Shown here: positions 12,240-25,765 of the stretch, piece by piece
How positions within the stretch are numbered: the stretch's first letter is position 1
Layout of the letters: each line of letters opens with the position of its first letter
Assembly: GCA_964187785.1 (NCBI GenBank)
Contig: OZ076409.1
Span: forward strand, 63,924,001 to 63,988,000
Reading direction: 5' to 3'
DNA from: Amphiscolops sp. MND2022
Lineage: Eukaryota
DNA: 64,000 nucleotides
Position numbers and translations under genes: made by a program
The notes under the pieces: generated by a model
What the model saw: the letters and a program-made list of their open reading frames with translations, nothing else
The model's database searches: none
What the model was told of the DNA's origin: nothing

Positions 12240-12960
12240 ATAAAGTCAGTCAAGTTCTTGTTTTGGGGAGCTTCCAACAGGGAGCCTCGAATTTCCCATT
12301 TTTCTCCAGTTTACTCTGCAGTGGAGTGATACTTGTCTAAGGTGTCTACTTCGTCTTTCCGAGAAAATCCGAACTGCATTTGAATTTTGTGGTTGAGTGG
12401 AACTGGCGGGGTGTGACATTGATGGGTCCAGTGTCTCTGCCAAAGTCCTTATTCATGATTTTCGATTTCAACTTGGTTGTATGTAAAAGTGCAGGCTGTC
12501 AATTCAATTATGTCAATGTTTCTGTTTGTTCTTGAGTTAAACTCACATGCCGAAAAACATTTAAGGATCCTAATGTCGCGTCTAACGTTCGGGCGGGTTT
12601 GTGTGAGCAGTTTCAAGAATTCATGTAGTCATTAGTGCTGAGAACTTTCGATGAGAATTTGATTGTCGATGTTTGAATTTGGTTGTCTACAGTTTTGACC
12701 CCTGTCATCAGTTCCAGATTCCTGACAGCCGGTTTGCTGTAGCCTCCGGTGGCTGTGTGAAGAACAATTTTTGTAATTCGCTAATTTTAATGAGGTTTTC
12801 ATTATTCCAGGCCGGAAGACCATAAAACACTGGTTGAATAACGCATCTGTATAATTTTTTGATTGTTTTGCAATTCAAACCGTTCGTTATCTGACAAAAT
12901 TGCATGAGTTTGGCCCATTCAGCACAACCTTATTCTTGTTGATTTCATGATAGTTTCGCT
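12240..12960 (-). mobile_element. LINE ORF2 C-terminal fragment
   Basis: CQITNGLNCKTIKKLYRCVIQPVFYGLPAW resembles the post-RT region of APE-type LINEs; heavily decayed. Confidence 0.5.
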
Positions 12961-13034
12961 GACAGTGCCGACATCTATTCCCGTGACAGTCAGTCTTTCT
13001 TTCACTACCGTCGTGCCTTTGTGGGTGAAATTTT

Positions 13035-15150
13035 GTAGCGCTGGATAAAGTTAGCCAAAGTATGTTAAAATCGATCGTACTAGAGGGTATGTTGCAAGAT
13101 AACGACTCTTTGAAAACCGTGCACCACTTTTCGAGGGATAAGGTGACGTTAGTAGTGGTTAAAATAGCGTCGAAAAATTTCGAAAACTCAAGATATAGTT
13201 CTCGGTCATCGACATCTAGTACATCTGAAAATGTCGCATTGTGTTCCAAAGGTGGCAAAAGCAGAACATTGGCTAAAACGTTTTCGATCGAGAAGTTTTG
13301 AGAAAGTTTAGGCGTTGTAACGAGACAGGACACCACCAAATCGACTGCGAAGTTACGCAGTGCACTTTTTGGAAACTTTTGGTCACGATGAAAAACGTTG
13401 GTTTAAAGAAATTCCTCATCCAAAGCAAAAGGGAAACACCTCAACTGTGGCATCTTCTAACTTTTCCGAAGTGTTTTCGTTTTCCTGCTGTGAAAACGGA
13501 GTTCAAAATCGAACTTTTGTTTTAGATTCTGGCGCTTCATCACATATGTTCACACAAAGTGGAAGAGTGGTCGGTCAAAAATACAAATGATAGCTTTTCC
13601 AAAGTCGAGGTGACTGGCAATGTTCGTGTATGCCTTTTGGACACTGATGGAAAAGAACAATTTGTAACGTTAGCCAATTGTCTTTTTCTTCCTGATCATG
13701 CTCAAAACTTGATCAGCGTCGACAAACTTAGCCAAAAAGTCGTAAATTTTGAATTTGGAAAAAAGTCTCAACTGGTAGCTCCCATTGGAACAACTTTTTC
13801 AATTATCAAAAGCGAAAACCTCTACTTTTTGAAAGCTAAGATTCTGAGGTTTTTGTTACTTCGTAAGGAGAAAACGAACACTCTTTTGTGTCATCGACGC
13901 CTCGGTCATGGGTGATATTGACGGACTTTCATCTTGTGTTTTGGGGATGAAATTCAAGGGTTCAAGTTTAGAAAAACCATATGTGTGTGAAGTTTGTCAA
14001 AACTCCAAGTCCCACAACACTCCTGTCTCCAACAATCGACAGCCTCAAAAATCTGAAAAACTTGAGCTAGTTTTCGCTGAAGTTTTGAGGACTATGCCAA
14101 CAACTTCTCTGGGCGGTCAACGTTTTGCGATTTCTTTTGTTTATAGTTTTACTCGTTTTGGGGTGGTCTTTTTTTGTGAAGTCCAAAAGCGAATGTTTGG
14201 AAAAATTTTAAATTTTAAAGGTTGTGCGCTCAAGTAGGGACACCAAAAGGTTTTCCGTACAGATAACGGTACTGATGAAACCTTGCATCAAAAATGGAGT
14301 AAAAAGCGAGTTCACTGCTCCATATTCGCTTCATGAAACTGATGTCTGCGAATATCGTTGGCGCACTATTGTCGAAAGGGCGCGTGAACCGATTTTTCGG
14401 AAAGGACTTTGGACACTGTTTTTTGTATTACCAATTGCTGTTTGACATCAAGCTCGCCAAAAAGGAAAACGCTTTTTGAAATGTTCTTTGGCGAAAAACC
14501 GGATCTGTGTAATGTCTGAGTTTTTGAATATTTATCGCATATTGGAACGCACCAAGATAAGCTCTAACCAAAAGTCACTAGAAAACTTTTTGTTGTTACG
14601 CGCCTCTGTCAAAAGCCTACATTCTCTTCGACCCCTAAACAGGCAAAACTTTAGCTTCCCGGAATGTGGCTCTCAATGAACACTGCTTTTTGCAAAATCA
14701 TCTGCACAAAGAGAGCTGTTCACGGAAAAGCTTTCCAATTGAAGACCGCGGTGAAAAATCCGGTGTCAAAAACGTGTCTTCTACTGAGTCCGAAACTACC
14801 GAAAACTTCCTTCGTCATACGGACTCCGAAATGTCAGAGTCTTACTCAGTGCCTTCTAGCCAAAAGGACTTTGAAAATTACGACCAAAACGAGGTCAAAA
14901 CCATTGTCAAAAACATCGAGCAAAACATTGTCCAAAACACTGTCCCACGAACTGCCTATTCTCAAAATCAATCTTTTCCCTGCTCGCGCAGTGGCCGCCC
15001 GCTTAGATCCAAGGAGAGTTTCAATAGCTGCAAACTTCAGTTTTGACGTATCAGCTTCGTCAAGTGTTTTTCCTAAAAACCTAGTACGTTTTTTGCAAAG
15101 GCCTCTAAAAAGTTATCTCTCGCATTTTGCAAATGTAGTCAATCGCTAGT
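13035..15150 (+). mobile_element. Ty1/Copia internal fragment (gag end, protease, pre-integrase, integrase)
   Basis: FVLDSGASSHM protease, HRRLGH...CEVC zinc motif, integrase core; closely similar to 17590-19020. Confidence 0.9.
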
Positions 15151-15364
15151 GGACCGCGTTTACCTGAATATTCCTTCCAGTTGACGCTGTTTCATCTTAC
15201 ATGCTCTCAGTTCATTGTTGTAAAAAGGCAATCAAGATTCAAGATAACTCTCTTCATTTCTGGAGCGTAATGGTCACTTATTGTTTGAAGGGTTTTTGCA
15301 ACAGCAAGGAACTTCAAAATTTTTGACTGCTATTGCAGCCACGTCAAACCCTTTCAACAGAAGA

Positions 15365-15755
15365 TGACAAGTCTCTTGGCTCATAGTCATTTGGCTCAAA
15401 CTTTTTATGCCAAAAGACCACAAATTTAAGCCAAACCCATTCTAACTCAAACAATGGCTAAAAACGACCGGTTAGAGACCAAAACTGAATTGATTTCTCA
15501 ACGAAATGTTCAAGGAACAAAAAATGCTACGAAATAATCAGCATATTTGTATATCTAGGTCGCTTCACTCCCTTCGCCAAGTAGCATTATTGGGGCGCGG
15601 CCATTTGGCCGTCGCTCTGCATCGCTTTTTCACTTAGGGCACTAGGGGTATATGAACATGACTGACTACGTTAAAATAATTTCACACTCTGTCATACGTT
15701 TTCAATTTAGTGATTTTAGGCCAAACGACTGTAAGTCAAGTGAACAATTACCCAG
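15365..15755. mobile_element. Old foldback MITE with E4-type arms carrying core B (minus strand)
   Basis: Arms match E4 (gtcatttggct..gaccacaaat..ccattctaactcaa; ctgactacgtta..ttttcaa); core B at ~15542-15660. Confidence 0.7.
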
Positions 15756-15861
15756 CAGAATTGCCTATATTTGACTATATTTTCGGTAGTCAACAGAATA
15801 ACTAAAGAAGAAAGCTTCGATCCAATGGGTTTAGCTCATGTAGGGAAAAAAGCATAGGGAT

Positions 15862-15938
15862 TTGTTCAAATTGTTCAATTGTTCAAATTGTTCAATTGTT
15901 CAAATTGTTCAATTGTTCAAATTGTTCAATTGTTCAAA
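15862..15938. repeat. Perfect 17-bp minisatellite (ttgttcaaattgttcaa) x ~4.5
   Basis: Directly visible. Confidence 0.95.
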
Positions 15939-16182
15939 TGGGTAAAAAACGTTTGGATAGAACAATATTTATTCCAGAACAATTAAAACATAGTTCGCTC
16001 CGACCGCCCTTCTAACAGTGGTTCGTTTCATAGTAGCGCTTCATGTATGCACAAGTCAACTGAACTAACGAAACTATCTTCCAGACAAAAAACTTACATT
16101 GTTGCGCTTGTACCTTGTCGTTACAAGTCAATTGTCATTGCTCCGCTGAAAAACTGGTTGTTGGTGTTTGCCGCCTACCACA

Positions 16183-16545
16183 AATTACTTGACTTAAAGT
16201 CATTTGGCTTATAATTTTCATGTCAAATGACCACAAAATGGAACTCCTGTTTAACTCACGCAATGGCTAAACAACTTATTAAGGACCAAAACTGAATGAA
16301 AAGTTCAAGAGAGGAAGGTTTGAAAATAAATGAAAAGCTTATCATATTTGTTGTATGGCTCGGTCGCTTCACTTCCTTCGCCAAGTAGCAAACTTGAGGC
16401 ATAGCCACATTGCACGTCGCTCCGCTTCGAGTCGCTCCTGCATTTATGGCACTATGGGTTTGTGAACATACCTGATTACGTTATAACAACAATTTAGACA
16501 AAATCGGCCTTGCCTTTTCAACATAGTGATTTTGAGCCAAATCGT
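16183..16545. mobile_element. Old foldback MITE with E4-type arms carrying core B (minus strand)
   Basis: Same arm sequences as E4; core B at ~16343-16470. Confidence 0.7.
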
Positions 16546-16796
16546 ATTAGATAACTACTTTCTCTTTTTGTAGGTCACTTAAATCAGTTGTGGTAAACAG
16601 TTGGTGTGGTTGATGAGACCAAAGTTTAGAACGGGCACCCATGCAGGTATTTGCCATGGCAATATCAAACATCAATCCAAGACTGACAAAGTCATCTTCT
16701 TTGCTATTCCGTTACCCGGTGTCTCTTTTGAATAAAACAGCTTTTAATATGGTATACTTGGCACTGACAGCGTTTTTCGTAATCTTGAAGATCTCA

Positions 16797-19700
16797 TATT
16801 AGAGGTCGCTGAAGACCATTATGTCATCATATTCTCAAACTCTACATAAACTTATTTTAAAATAACCTTATTGTAAAATACCTGCTAAATGTACCAAATA
16901 CTTGTCACTGTGCAACGAAGAATCATTTCATTTAAAACAATCATTCTGCCAATGAAATCTTCAACACAATGACTTCACGGCGACTTCACAGATCCCTATA
17001 ATAAGTAATGGGCCCAGTACTCGGTGAGGTTTCAAGAACCAATTTTCCCCATTTTGTCTTTACCATTTCTTACTTCGATTTCTGGAAATTCGAAATTTCC
17101 GTCTCCGCAAATTCTACGACCGCGCTCAATCTTTCTGCCTTTCTAAAATTTTGTTTATTTACTTTGCGCCTGATACGGGCCTTCCTTGTGAGCTGTGAGG
17201 GATGGACAAATCTCTGTCGCATCAGCAGTTCTGTGGCATTGACGACGAATTCCCAGTCTGCAAGGAGAGTTCCGAGGGCTTTTGCTTTACGAAGAAGGCT
17301 AAGCTGCTCAAAGTGCTGGCTGAAGTTGAGGCTGGGACAAACGAGGAGAAGTACGAACTCTGGGTCTGCCTTGTGCAGTGTCTGGATCGCCGAAGCGTGC
17401 CGAAGCTGATCAACGACTGAGAGGGAGACGGACATAAGGTGTGGGAGATGCTGCGGAAGCACTTCAACAGCACAGAGACGCCTCGCCTGATGAACCTGCT
17501 GGCGAAGTTCACCATTCTGCGACTGTGGCCGAGCGAGGGGATGGTGGACTACCTGACGCGAGCAGACTATGTGAGTAAGCAGTAAGAGTTAGCGGCGGAT
17601 AAAGTTAGCGAACATATGTTAACGTCGATTGTACTAAAGATTTTGTCGCAAGATTACGACTCTTTCAAATCCATGCACGACTTTTCGAAGGATAAGGTGA
17701 CGTTCACAGAGGTTAAAATAGCGAAGAAAAATTTCGAAAACTCAAGAAATAGTTCTGGGGCATTGACATCTAGTACTTCTGAAAATGTCGCATTGTTTTC
17801 CAAAGGTGGCAAAAGCAAAACATTGGCTAAAACGTTTTCGAGCGAGTAGTTTTTGCGAATGTGTAGGCGTTGTAACAAGACAGGACACCAACAAATTGAC
17901 AGCGAATTTACGCAGTGCACTTTTTGCAAACTTTTGGTCACGGTGAAAAACCATGATTTAAGAAATTTCCTCATCCAAAGCAAAAGGGAAACACACTGTG
18001 GCATCTTCTAAGTCGAGGTGAATGGCAATGTTCGTGTATGCTTTTTGGACACTGAGGGATCGGAACCATTTGTACCGTTTTCCAATTGCCTTTTTCTTCC
18101 TGATCACTCTTTAAAACATGATCAGCGAGGACAAACTTGGCAAAAAGTCGTAAAAAGTAAATTTGGAAATAAGTCTTTTGTGGCATCAACGCCTTGGTCA
18201 AAACAACATGGATGATGTTGAGGAACTTTCATCTTGTGTTTTCGGGATGAATTTCAAGGGTTTAGGTTTTGAAAAACCATGTGTGTGAGAAGTTTTTCAA
18301 ATTTCCACGTCCCACAAAAATCGTCTCTAACAATCCGCAGCCTCGAAAATAGGAAAAACAGGAGCTAGTTTTCTCTGACGTTTTGGAGCCGATGCTAACA
18401 ATTTCTCTAGGCGGGCAACGTTTAGCGATTTCTTTTCTTGACAGCGTTACTCATTTTGAAGTGGTCTACTTTATGAAGACCAAAAGCGAATGTTTTGAAA
18501 AGATGTAAATGTTGTGCGCTCAATTAGGAACACCAAAAGTACTCCGTACAGATAACGGCACTGCTGAAACCTTCACTGGTTTTTGCATCCAAAATGAAAT
18601 GAAAAGAGAGTTCACTGCTCCCTATTTGCTTCATGAAATTGGTGTCCGAGAACGTCGCTGGCCCACTATTGTCGAGATGGCGCGTGAACCGAACGTTTGG
18701 GAAGGACTTTGGAGACTGTTTTTTGTATTACCAATTGCTGTTTGATATCATGCTCGCCAAAAAGGAAAATGCTTTTTGAATTGTTCTTCGACGAAAACCC
18801 GGATCTGTGTATTGTCTGAGTTTTTGAATATCTATCGCATATTGGAACGCACCAAAATAAGCTCTCACCAAATCCACTAGAGAATTTTTTGCTGTTACGC
18901 GCCTCTGTCAAAAACCTACATTCTCTTCGACCCCAAAACAGGCAAAACTTTAGCTTCCCGAAATGCAGTTCTCACTGATCACTGCTCTTTGCAAAATCAT
19001 CTTCACAACGAGAGCTGTTTCAAATGAAGGAAAACTGGCTTAGTCTTTCAAAAATGATCTTCAACTGGATGTTTGCATTGAGGACAGGATTTAACATAGA
19101 CTTATGACTTGGTTTCTTGGTTGTAACATAAGTCACTCAACGAGATGCATAGAACTTAGTCAAATGTCGTACGTCTTGGATATCTTTATGAAAGGGAACA
19201 TGTGTGCATGCAAGCCGTCATCAACAAAATTGTCCCGAGGGTTGGCCGAGCAAGACATCTGAAATGGCAAGCTTGAACAAGCCCTATCGCAGGCTAGTTA
19301 GTAAACTGATGTATCTTTCAGTGTTTAGTAGGCCTGATAATTGCTTCGCACTGTATAACTTAGCCGAGCTTGTCTCTATTCCAGGCATGGTGTATTGGGT
19401 GGCTCTTATGATTTTACTTTGCTACTTAAAGGGGTCTACTAATCTTAGTTTAGTCTTTCACAAGGGTGCAACGTTCGAGCTCTTGGGATACTCTGACTCA
19501 GAGTGGACGACCGACGAGGCTGATCGGAAGTCAACTTCTGGTTTATGCTTCAAGGTGAATTGCCATAGTAGTGTTTGTCTTGTGCTTCTAAGAAACAAGC
19601 TTGTGTTGCACTTAGTTCTTGTGAGGCCGAGTATGTTGCTTTAGCTTTAGCTGCACAGGACGCCATATTCATGCAGGGGCTCCAGGTTTTCATCTCTTGT

Positions 19701-20594
19701 TCGCGGATGGTCCCGAAGTCTACACTTGTTCACAGTGACAACCAAGCAGCATTTGCCGTGGCCAACACACCAGTCTCTCACAAGCGCGCCAAGCACATTA
19801 AGACGACACAATATTTCATCCGGGACCTCATGGAAGCAAAGAAGTTGCAACTGGAGTACACTCCAACAGCTGACAACAAGGTGGCCGACATCTTCACCAA
19901 GAACCTACCCAAGACTGCCTTCATGCAACTACGAAACCAACTCTTCGGCCAAGTTTGGCCATCTACCCTTACAACACTTTACTTTTGTTTATTTTATGTC
20001 TTTTACCTTTATCATTTCTCCTCTGCCCATGATGCTTCAACCATTGATGTCTTTTGATCATGCGTGATCTACTTAACCCTCTTCATCTTTAGCTGCGACA
20101 ACCTCTTTACTACTGCCCTAGCACGACAGATGACTAAGCACACTAATCTTGAATCTCCAATCTTCTTCCTTCAGCAGTGCCCTCTCAACCACTGCCCTAG
20201 CACGCCAGATTGCTAGGCACAGTGGTCGTCAACCATCTTCAACCTTCATTCTTACCTGCTGCCCTATCACGACAGATAGCTCCGCACAGCAGTCTCCATG
20301 GTCAAAACAGTCCTCTAGCTGCCCCTTTTACTGGCTTCTACCGACTGTGCTCTCAATGTCTGACAGTAAAAACACGAACAACTACTTTCATCGGGCAGGG
20401 GTGTTAGAGGTCGCTGAAGAACATTTCGTCATCAAACACTCAAACTTCACATAAACTTAATATGTATTAAAGCTGCTAAGTTCATAAAATACCTGTCACT
20501 ATGTAACCAAGAATCATTTCAATTAAACGTGTCATTCCACCAATAAATTCTTCAACATGATGTCTTCACAACAACTTCACAGATCCCCATTAAT
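16797..20594 (+). mobile_element. Ty1/Copia LTR retrotransposon, internally deleted; LTRs 16797-17003 and 20402-20594
   Basis: Diverged ~200-bp direct repeats (t[a/g]ttagaggtcgctgaaga...cacagatccc); TSD tctca/tttca; PBS agtaatgggcccag; PPT gggcagggg; gag, integrase (LRTDNG), RT end and RNase H (GYSDSEW, RKSTSG, SSCEAEY, DNQAA, ADIFTK). Confidence 0.92.
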
Positions 20595-20635
20595 TTTCAT
20601 CATCATCAACGAGACTTATGTCAATAGAGCTGCAA

Positions 20636-22450
20636 AAGACAATCAATAACAAACCAACGGTACCCGATATTATTACTGCGACAAACTTCGAGAACTGTGC
20701 ACATACATTGTGGCGTTCTCTCTGCCGAACAGTCAAGACGGTTTGCTTCAGTTTGACGCATCAAGAAATCTAATAGCAGCGCATTGTCGTCCCTAGTCCG
20801 TATCCATCAGAAACGCAGGACACACGATGTCTCAAACTACAGTTCAGTATCGCTGAATGCCCTGGCTTCCAAAGCATAGGAAAAATGTTGTTTCTCATCA
20901 CATTATAACAAGGCTTTGCAATTTTTACTTGCTTACTTGCAACCAAATGCAAGGATTTGAATTCACCAACGAATATTGCGAAAAACTGTTCTCACCAATA
21001 AACAAATGCAATTATTGAAAAAAACAGGAAAAAATCATGTCATTTTGTGGAATTTTTGGATTTTTTGGCGTTTTAGAAAAATCCCATCATTTTTCGCGAA
21101 GCACAGAGTATATATAGAACTGAATTTGAGACGTTTCACATTGCGTAAGTCAGTAAAAACAGCTGAAGGGCGAATTTAGCGTATTTCGTTTATGATTTTG
21201 GCAACGGAATATAGAAAGAGTATATTTGATTGTTTGAGCAAAGTAGAGTTGACGTCAATAACGAAATTGTTCGAATCATGCTAAGACAGAATTTGTCTCA
21301 CTTAGAGTGCATTTCACTAAGTTTTTCTTTTTGCGCAAAAACAAGAGGTATGTAAAAAAGGGCCACTCCACCGTCGCAGAGTTTTCCCGAATCGATTCGT
21401 TTGAAATTTGGCACACGTATACTTGACGTGTTAGGCGGCTACAGATTTATAATAACGGAACCGGGCCAGGACCCCCCAGTTCAGAGCTATTAGCACCGGA
21501 AGTTACCTAGATCGACCCCCCTACCAACCCTAAGTACTATACATGAAAGATACATTAATTGGTCTAACAACCACGGAGTAATGTTTGTTTAATGCACGCG
21601 GAACCGGACGCGCGGGTCCGACCTATAATAGACATTTGATCTTGGCTTGTAATATCTCAAACGAACCGGAACAATGAATGTAGTCCATCACTAACAAGAA
21701 TGGAACCGTATTTGTAACCCAGGCGGTGGTAACTGCCTTAAGTAAACCAACGATACGCATATCATGTGACTAGGAAACCATTGACCCTAGGACAATATAA
21801 CTTGGCATGTGGCAACATTAGCTGATACCGAATACCTTCAAGGTCACGGAAGAACCTCAAGGTCATTCTAGTCGCAACCCCTGGGGAGATAGGAAAACGT
21901 ACATTAAAACATATAAATCAGCGTCTTTCAGTTATAATTTATGCAATTCAGTCAGGCGCGACGATTCGCAATGCAACGCACTTAGAATGACGCAAAGGTA
22001 CCCCTCACGTGTGGAAAACATGTAAACCATGTAGTTGAAGGTCATTGAGCAATTTCTTCGATATTAAAAATACCTCGAGTGACTTGAATTATTTTAGATA
22101 TGTGAACTTTGTACAACCATTATTGAATTATTTGTCGTTGGCAGCAAAGAAAGACAGTCAATGACAAACCAACGGTACCCGACATTATTACTGCGACAAA
22201 TTTCGAGAACTGTGCACATACATTGTGGCGTTCTCTCTGCCGAACAGTCAATACAGTTTGCTTCAGTTTGACGCATCAAGAAATCTAATAGCAGCGCAAT
22301 GTCGTCCCTAGTCCGTATCCATCAGAAATGTAGTTGAAGGTCATTGAGCAATTTCTTCGATGTTAAAAATACCTCGAGTGACTTGAATTATTATTGATAT
22401 ATGAACTTTGTACAACCATTGTTGAATTATTTGTCGTTGGCAGCAAAGAA
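20636..22450. repeat. Local duplications: 20636-20812 ~ 22151-22328, and 22029-22151 ~ 22328-22450
   Basis: Near-identical direct copies read by eye. Confidence 0.85.
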
Positions 22451-22719
22451 TGTTTAGCCGAAGAATAACCAAGGCGTTCGCCTTGCCATAAAAGGAATAG
22501 TAAACATAAAGGTGAACTCATGCAAGTTTAAGACGCCGACGCCCTGTATGTAACGAAAAATGTCAAGTATGATAGAATGTGAAGATGAAACCACCCAAAA
22601 CACGCGCGACGAACAAATATAATTGAGGCTGACTTGAAAAATACGAATTAGACACAACCGAGTTAGAGAGCTTAAGAATTCAGTTGAGCCCAAAGGGGGG
22701 GGGGCAAGAGATTCAAACG

Positions 22720-25700
22720 AGCTGGAGTAACTGGTCGTTTAACTCCGGGACTCACTGACAGAAATTGTACAAGTCCGGGTTTTGTGCCTGCATAGTTGAC
22801 TGAATCGTGGCTCTCAGTCTAAGCTAGTTTTGTTAAAATGATCTGATGACGATTGAAGAGACATTTTGCTTATCGCTATCAAATTTAATTGGATTAGTGA
22901 ACACCTATTTTCGTGATCGATTGACTTTGAGCCGATTGACTTTGGCCGAAAACTTTGAGCACGGAGATATTTTTTATAGAGAATTGCACGTTTATAGAAC
23001 GAAACTTACTCACCAAATTTATACCATTCTGTTAAGAGTTGAGCCCTTGGGGTTTCTCTCCGACCCTCTGGCTATACTTTTTCACACATTTCAAACTTGT
23101 TAACAATTTTGAACAGTTTGGGTTGTCCAAAGTTTCTTTTTGGCTTTGAGGACAAGCTGCTGCTCAAGACTATCGGAGTAAAGTTTAAAATAACCTCAAT
23201 CCATTCTTCGATCACGCACAGGATGGGTTTAGAGAACACCGCCTTCTAATTATACAAATTCTGGAACATCTAGTTCCTGTATTCGAATCAACCAAACTGA
23301 ACAAACTATTCCTGTAATTCAATTGTATTTGGAAAAAGCGAGGCGTTCGATAGAGTGAACCATAGAACTCTCTTCTTCATCAAGTAAAGTACTCCACTAC
23401 TTGGATAGTTTCAGGCTTCATCGTCCTTGTTTAGCTTCTTGGCTTCCAAAGCGAAGGTTTAAATTTCGTCGCAGTCGTCTTTACATAGTAGGTTCCATTT
23501 ATCAATTTGTTGGAGTCTGATTTCGTTGTGAACTTTGCAATTTAGGTAACAGTGTAGAGCAGTGTTTTTTTGAAGCTCTACAATCACACGAGGGTGATTC
23601 TTTTTTACTCATTTTCTAGGCTTAATTAGAGAAATAGAATGAATTTCCCAGAACAAGTTCACAGATTTTTTTGCTTCGTGTTCTGAACGGTTTAGAAATC
23701 GGGTACAGTAATTGTAGCTGTCGTCTCAGTATAACATTCGATAAAGGAGTTGTTGTCCGAAGCTGTCCATCTACATCTCCATATGAAATCGATGAAATCG
23801 TTGATGTTATCTACCGTGTAAAATCAGCCGTCAATGTTCACAATCTGAAAACTTTCTAAAAGATTAGCAACATTTTTTTGTCGTAATACCGATGAATCAT
23901 GGGCCATTGTAAGAAGATCGATTGCTAATTTGATTTTATGAAGAACTTGACGTTGATACTCGCCCAGTAATATTCGACGAATAACTATTCTTGAAAACCA
24001 TTCTAATGAAATTTTTTCGTACACTTTGCATGCTGCAGCAATCTCTTTCAAACCAGATCGGGGAGTCAAAGAGAAAGAGGGGAAGATTTGTTGTCTGGTA
24101 GAGCAGAATCAAAGTAGGAATGGTGAGGATCCATTTGTTGTCACATAGGCAAGATGTGGTGTTCGACTTTCGCTTTGCATTTTCAGCCGTTGCTTCTGGA
24201 TGGTGTCGGTTTGCTAACTGATTGTCAATCTTCATTCTAAGTGATTTAGTTTGGCATTTGATTTGGCAGGGATCACTCATAAGCCTAGGAATTTTCATGT
24301 CACTTGCTTCACTATTGAAATGTATAATTTCTGTCTTGCCGGCATTGACCACCATTCTCCAGCTTGAACACTATTTTTCCACTCCAGCACAAGTTTGACC
24401 AAGTTTCGTCTGACCAAGTTCCGACTGACCAAGCATCAGATCGTTTGTGGTTTCGTCTCTGACAACAATTGAGCTGTCGTCCGCGAATTCAAACGAGCAG
24501 TCTTCGTTCATCAGGAAGTCATTGAGAAATACGATAGAAAGCAGCGTGGAAAGCAGGAGCAAAAGGTTGTTTAAGAATGTGTTCAAATTTCGCTTTTCGT
24601 GTAAAGAAGTTCACCTGTCTTGTTTCTTATCAGCCCAACCTCTTCTTTCGTCTTCTTGAGTAAACTTTTTTACGATGCTCAAAAGTCTCGGCCTTTTTTC
24701 TGCCCAAGGTTGCTGAGGAAGCAACTCATCCATTTAGACGCACTATCGGATAATTGTTTCTTGAAAGTCTTTTTTTCTCTCACCAGTTTTTCACCAGTTA
24801 TGTAGTTTCAAAGTGTTTGATTTTTCTTCTCGTGTGCTTCAGTTCTTCACTAGATTTCGTTAATTCGGGATTCCGAAAAGGTTTGCTGTCTCTAGATGTA
24901 GTTTTCAAGGGTATATATTTCTCCGACGCATCCAGTAAAATGTTCTAAGGGATTTTCCACTGTGTAGTGGCGTTGTTGTCATCGAGATCGATTTCGTCAA
25001 TACCAGTGTCAACAACATCTTTCCAAAGATTCCAATTTGCTTTCTCCATCCACAACTTTTTTGTTTTTAGTTTTTCGGTGAACACAGCAAAATCAACTAA
25101 AACAGGCAGATGACCTCTATTCAGTGCTCCAGTGAAGAGTTAACCACACTCTTCTGTTGTTAGATCATGTTCGTAGTGACTGACAATTGGTCCGTAGATG
25201 GGACATAGGTCAGTTATACTTGAACAGTTCGTTGAAATGAAAGTTGGTTGACCATCGTTGAGTATGCTATTTGTATCCATGATTTTGATTATCTCTTCTC
25301 CCAAACAAACTATTTCTCTTTGAAACGCACCAGTTTTGATGACGAGCGTTCAGATCCCCGAAGATTATGCAACCACCTATTTTGCTGTCATCAACTATAT
25401 CGTTACACTTTTCCAAAACCTTCATTTTGTTCTCGACTCCATCTAAGTTCTCTAGTTGAACATAGGCTGTTGAAACGGCCAACTTCAAACCATTTGACAC
25501 TACTGTTAATACAAGGTTGTCTAGTGAGTTCTTCTCTATTTCTGACGGTCCGGCGTACAGAATTTCGTCTCTGAGTAGTACTGCCACTCCACCCCAGCCT
25601 CGTTTGTGTTAACTAGTAGCAATGTAGTTGTTCGGAAAATGTCTGGTACATTTGCTTTCGTTTGCTTCAAGAACACCGCATCGGGATCTTTCTCATGTAC

Positions 25701-25765
25701 ATCTTTATTTAATGCAACTTTAGAGCGTTCACCTAGTCCGCAGATGTTATTTTGCTTCAATGTCC
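22720..25765 (-). mobile_element. Degenerate APE-RT LINE (I/Jockey-group-like) ORF2
   Basis: APE motif FGDLNARHQNW, RT motifs FEFADDSS and WRMVVNAGKTEIIHF, C-terminal SPSCDC knuckle remnant; internal deletions. Confidence 0.8.

Noticed and set aside
12887..13339. Antisense ORFs over Copia and Gypsy coding regions (also 17070-17462, 17654-18004, 45660-46058)
   Set aside because: Shadows of the sense-strand retroelement frames with no independent motifs.
15862..15938. Regular short repeats here and in MITE arms that could suggest a CRISPR array
   Set aside because: No unique spacers of constant length, no cas genes, eukaryotic context.
21355..22020. Possible DNA-transposon end (aagggccactccac..ttgaaatttggcacac)
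   Set aside because: No matching second terminus or TSD found.
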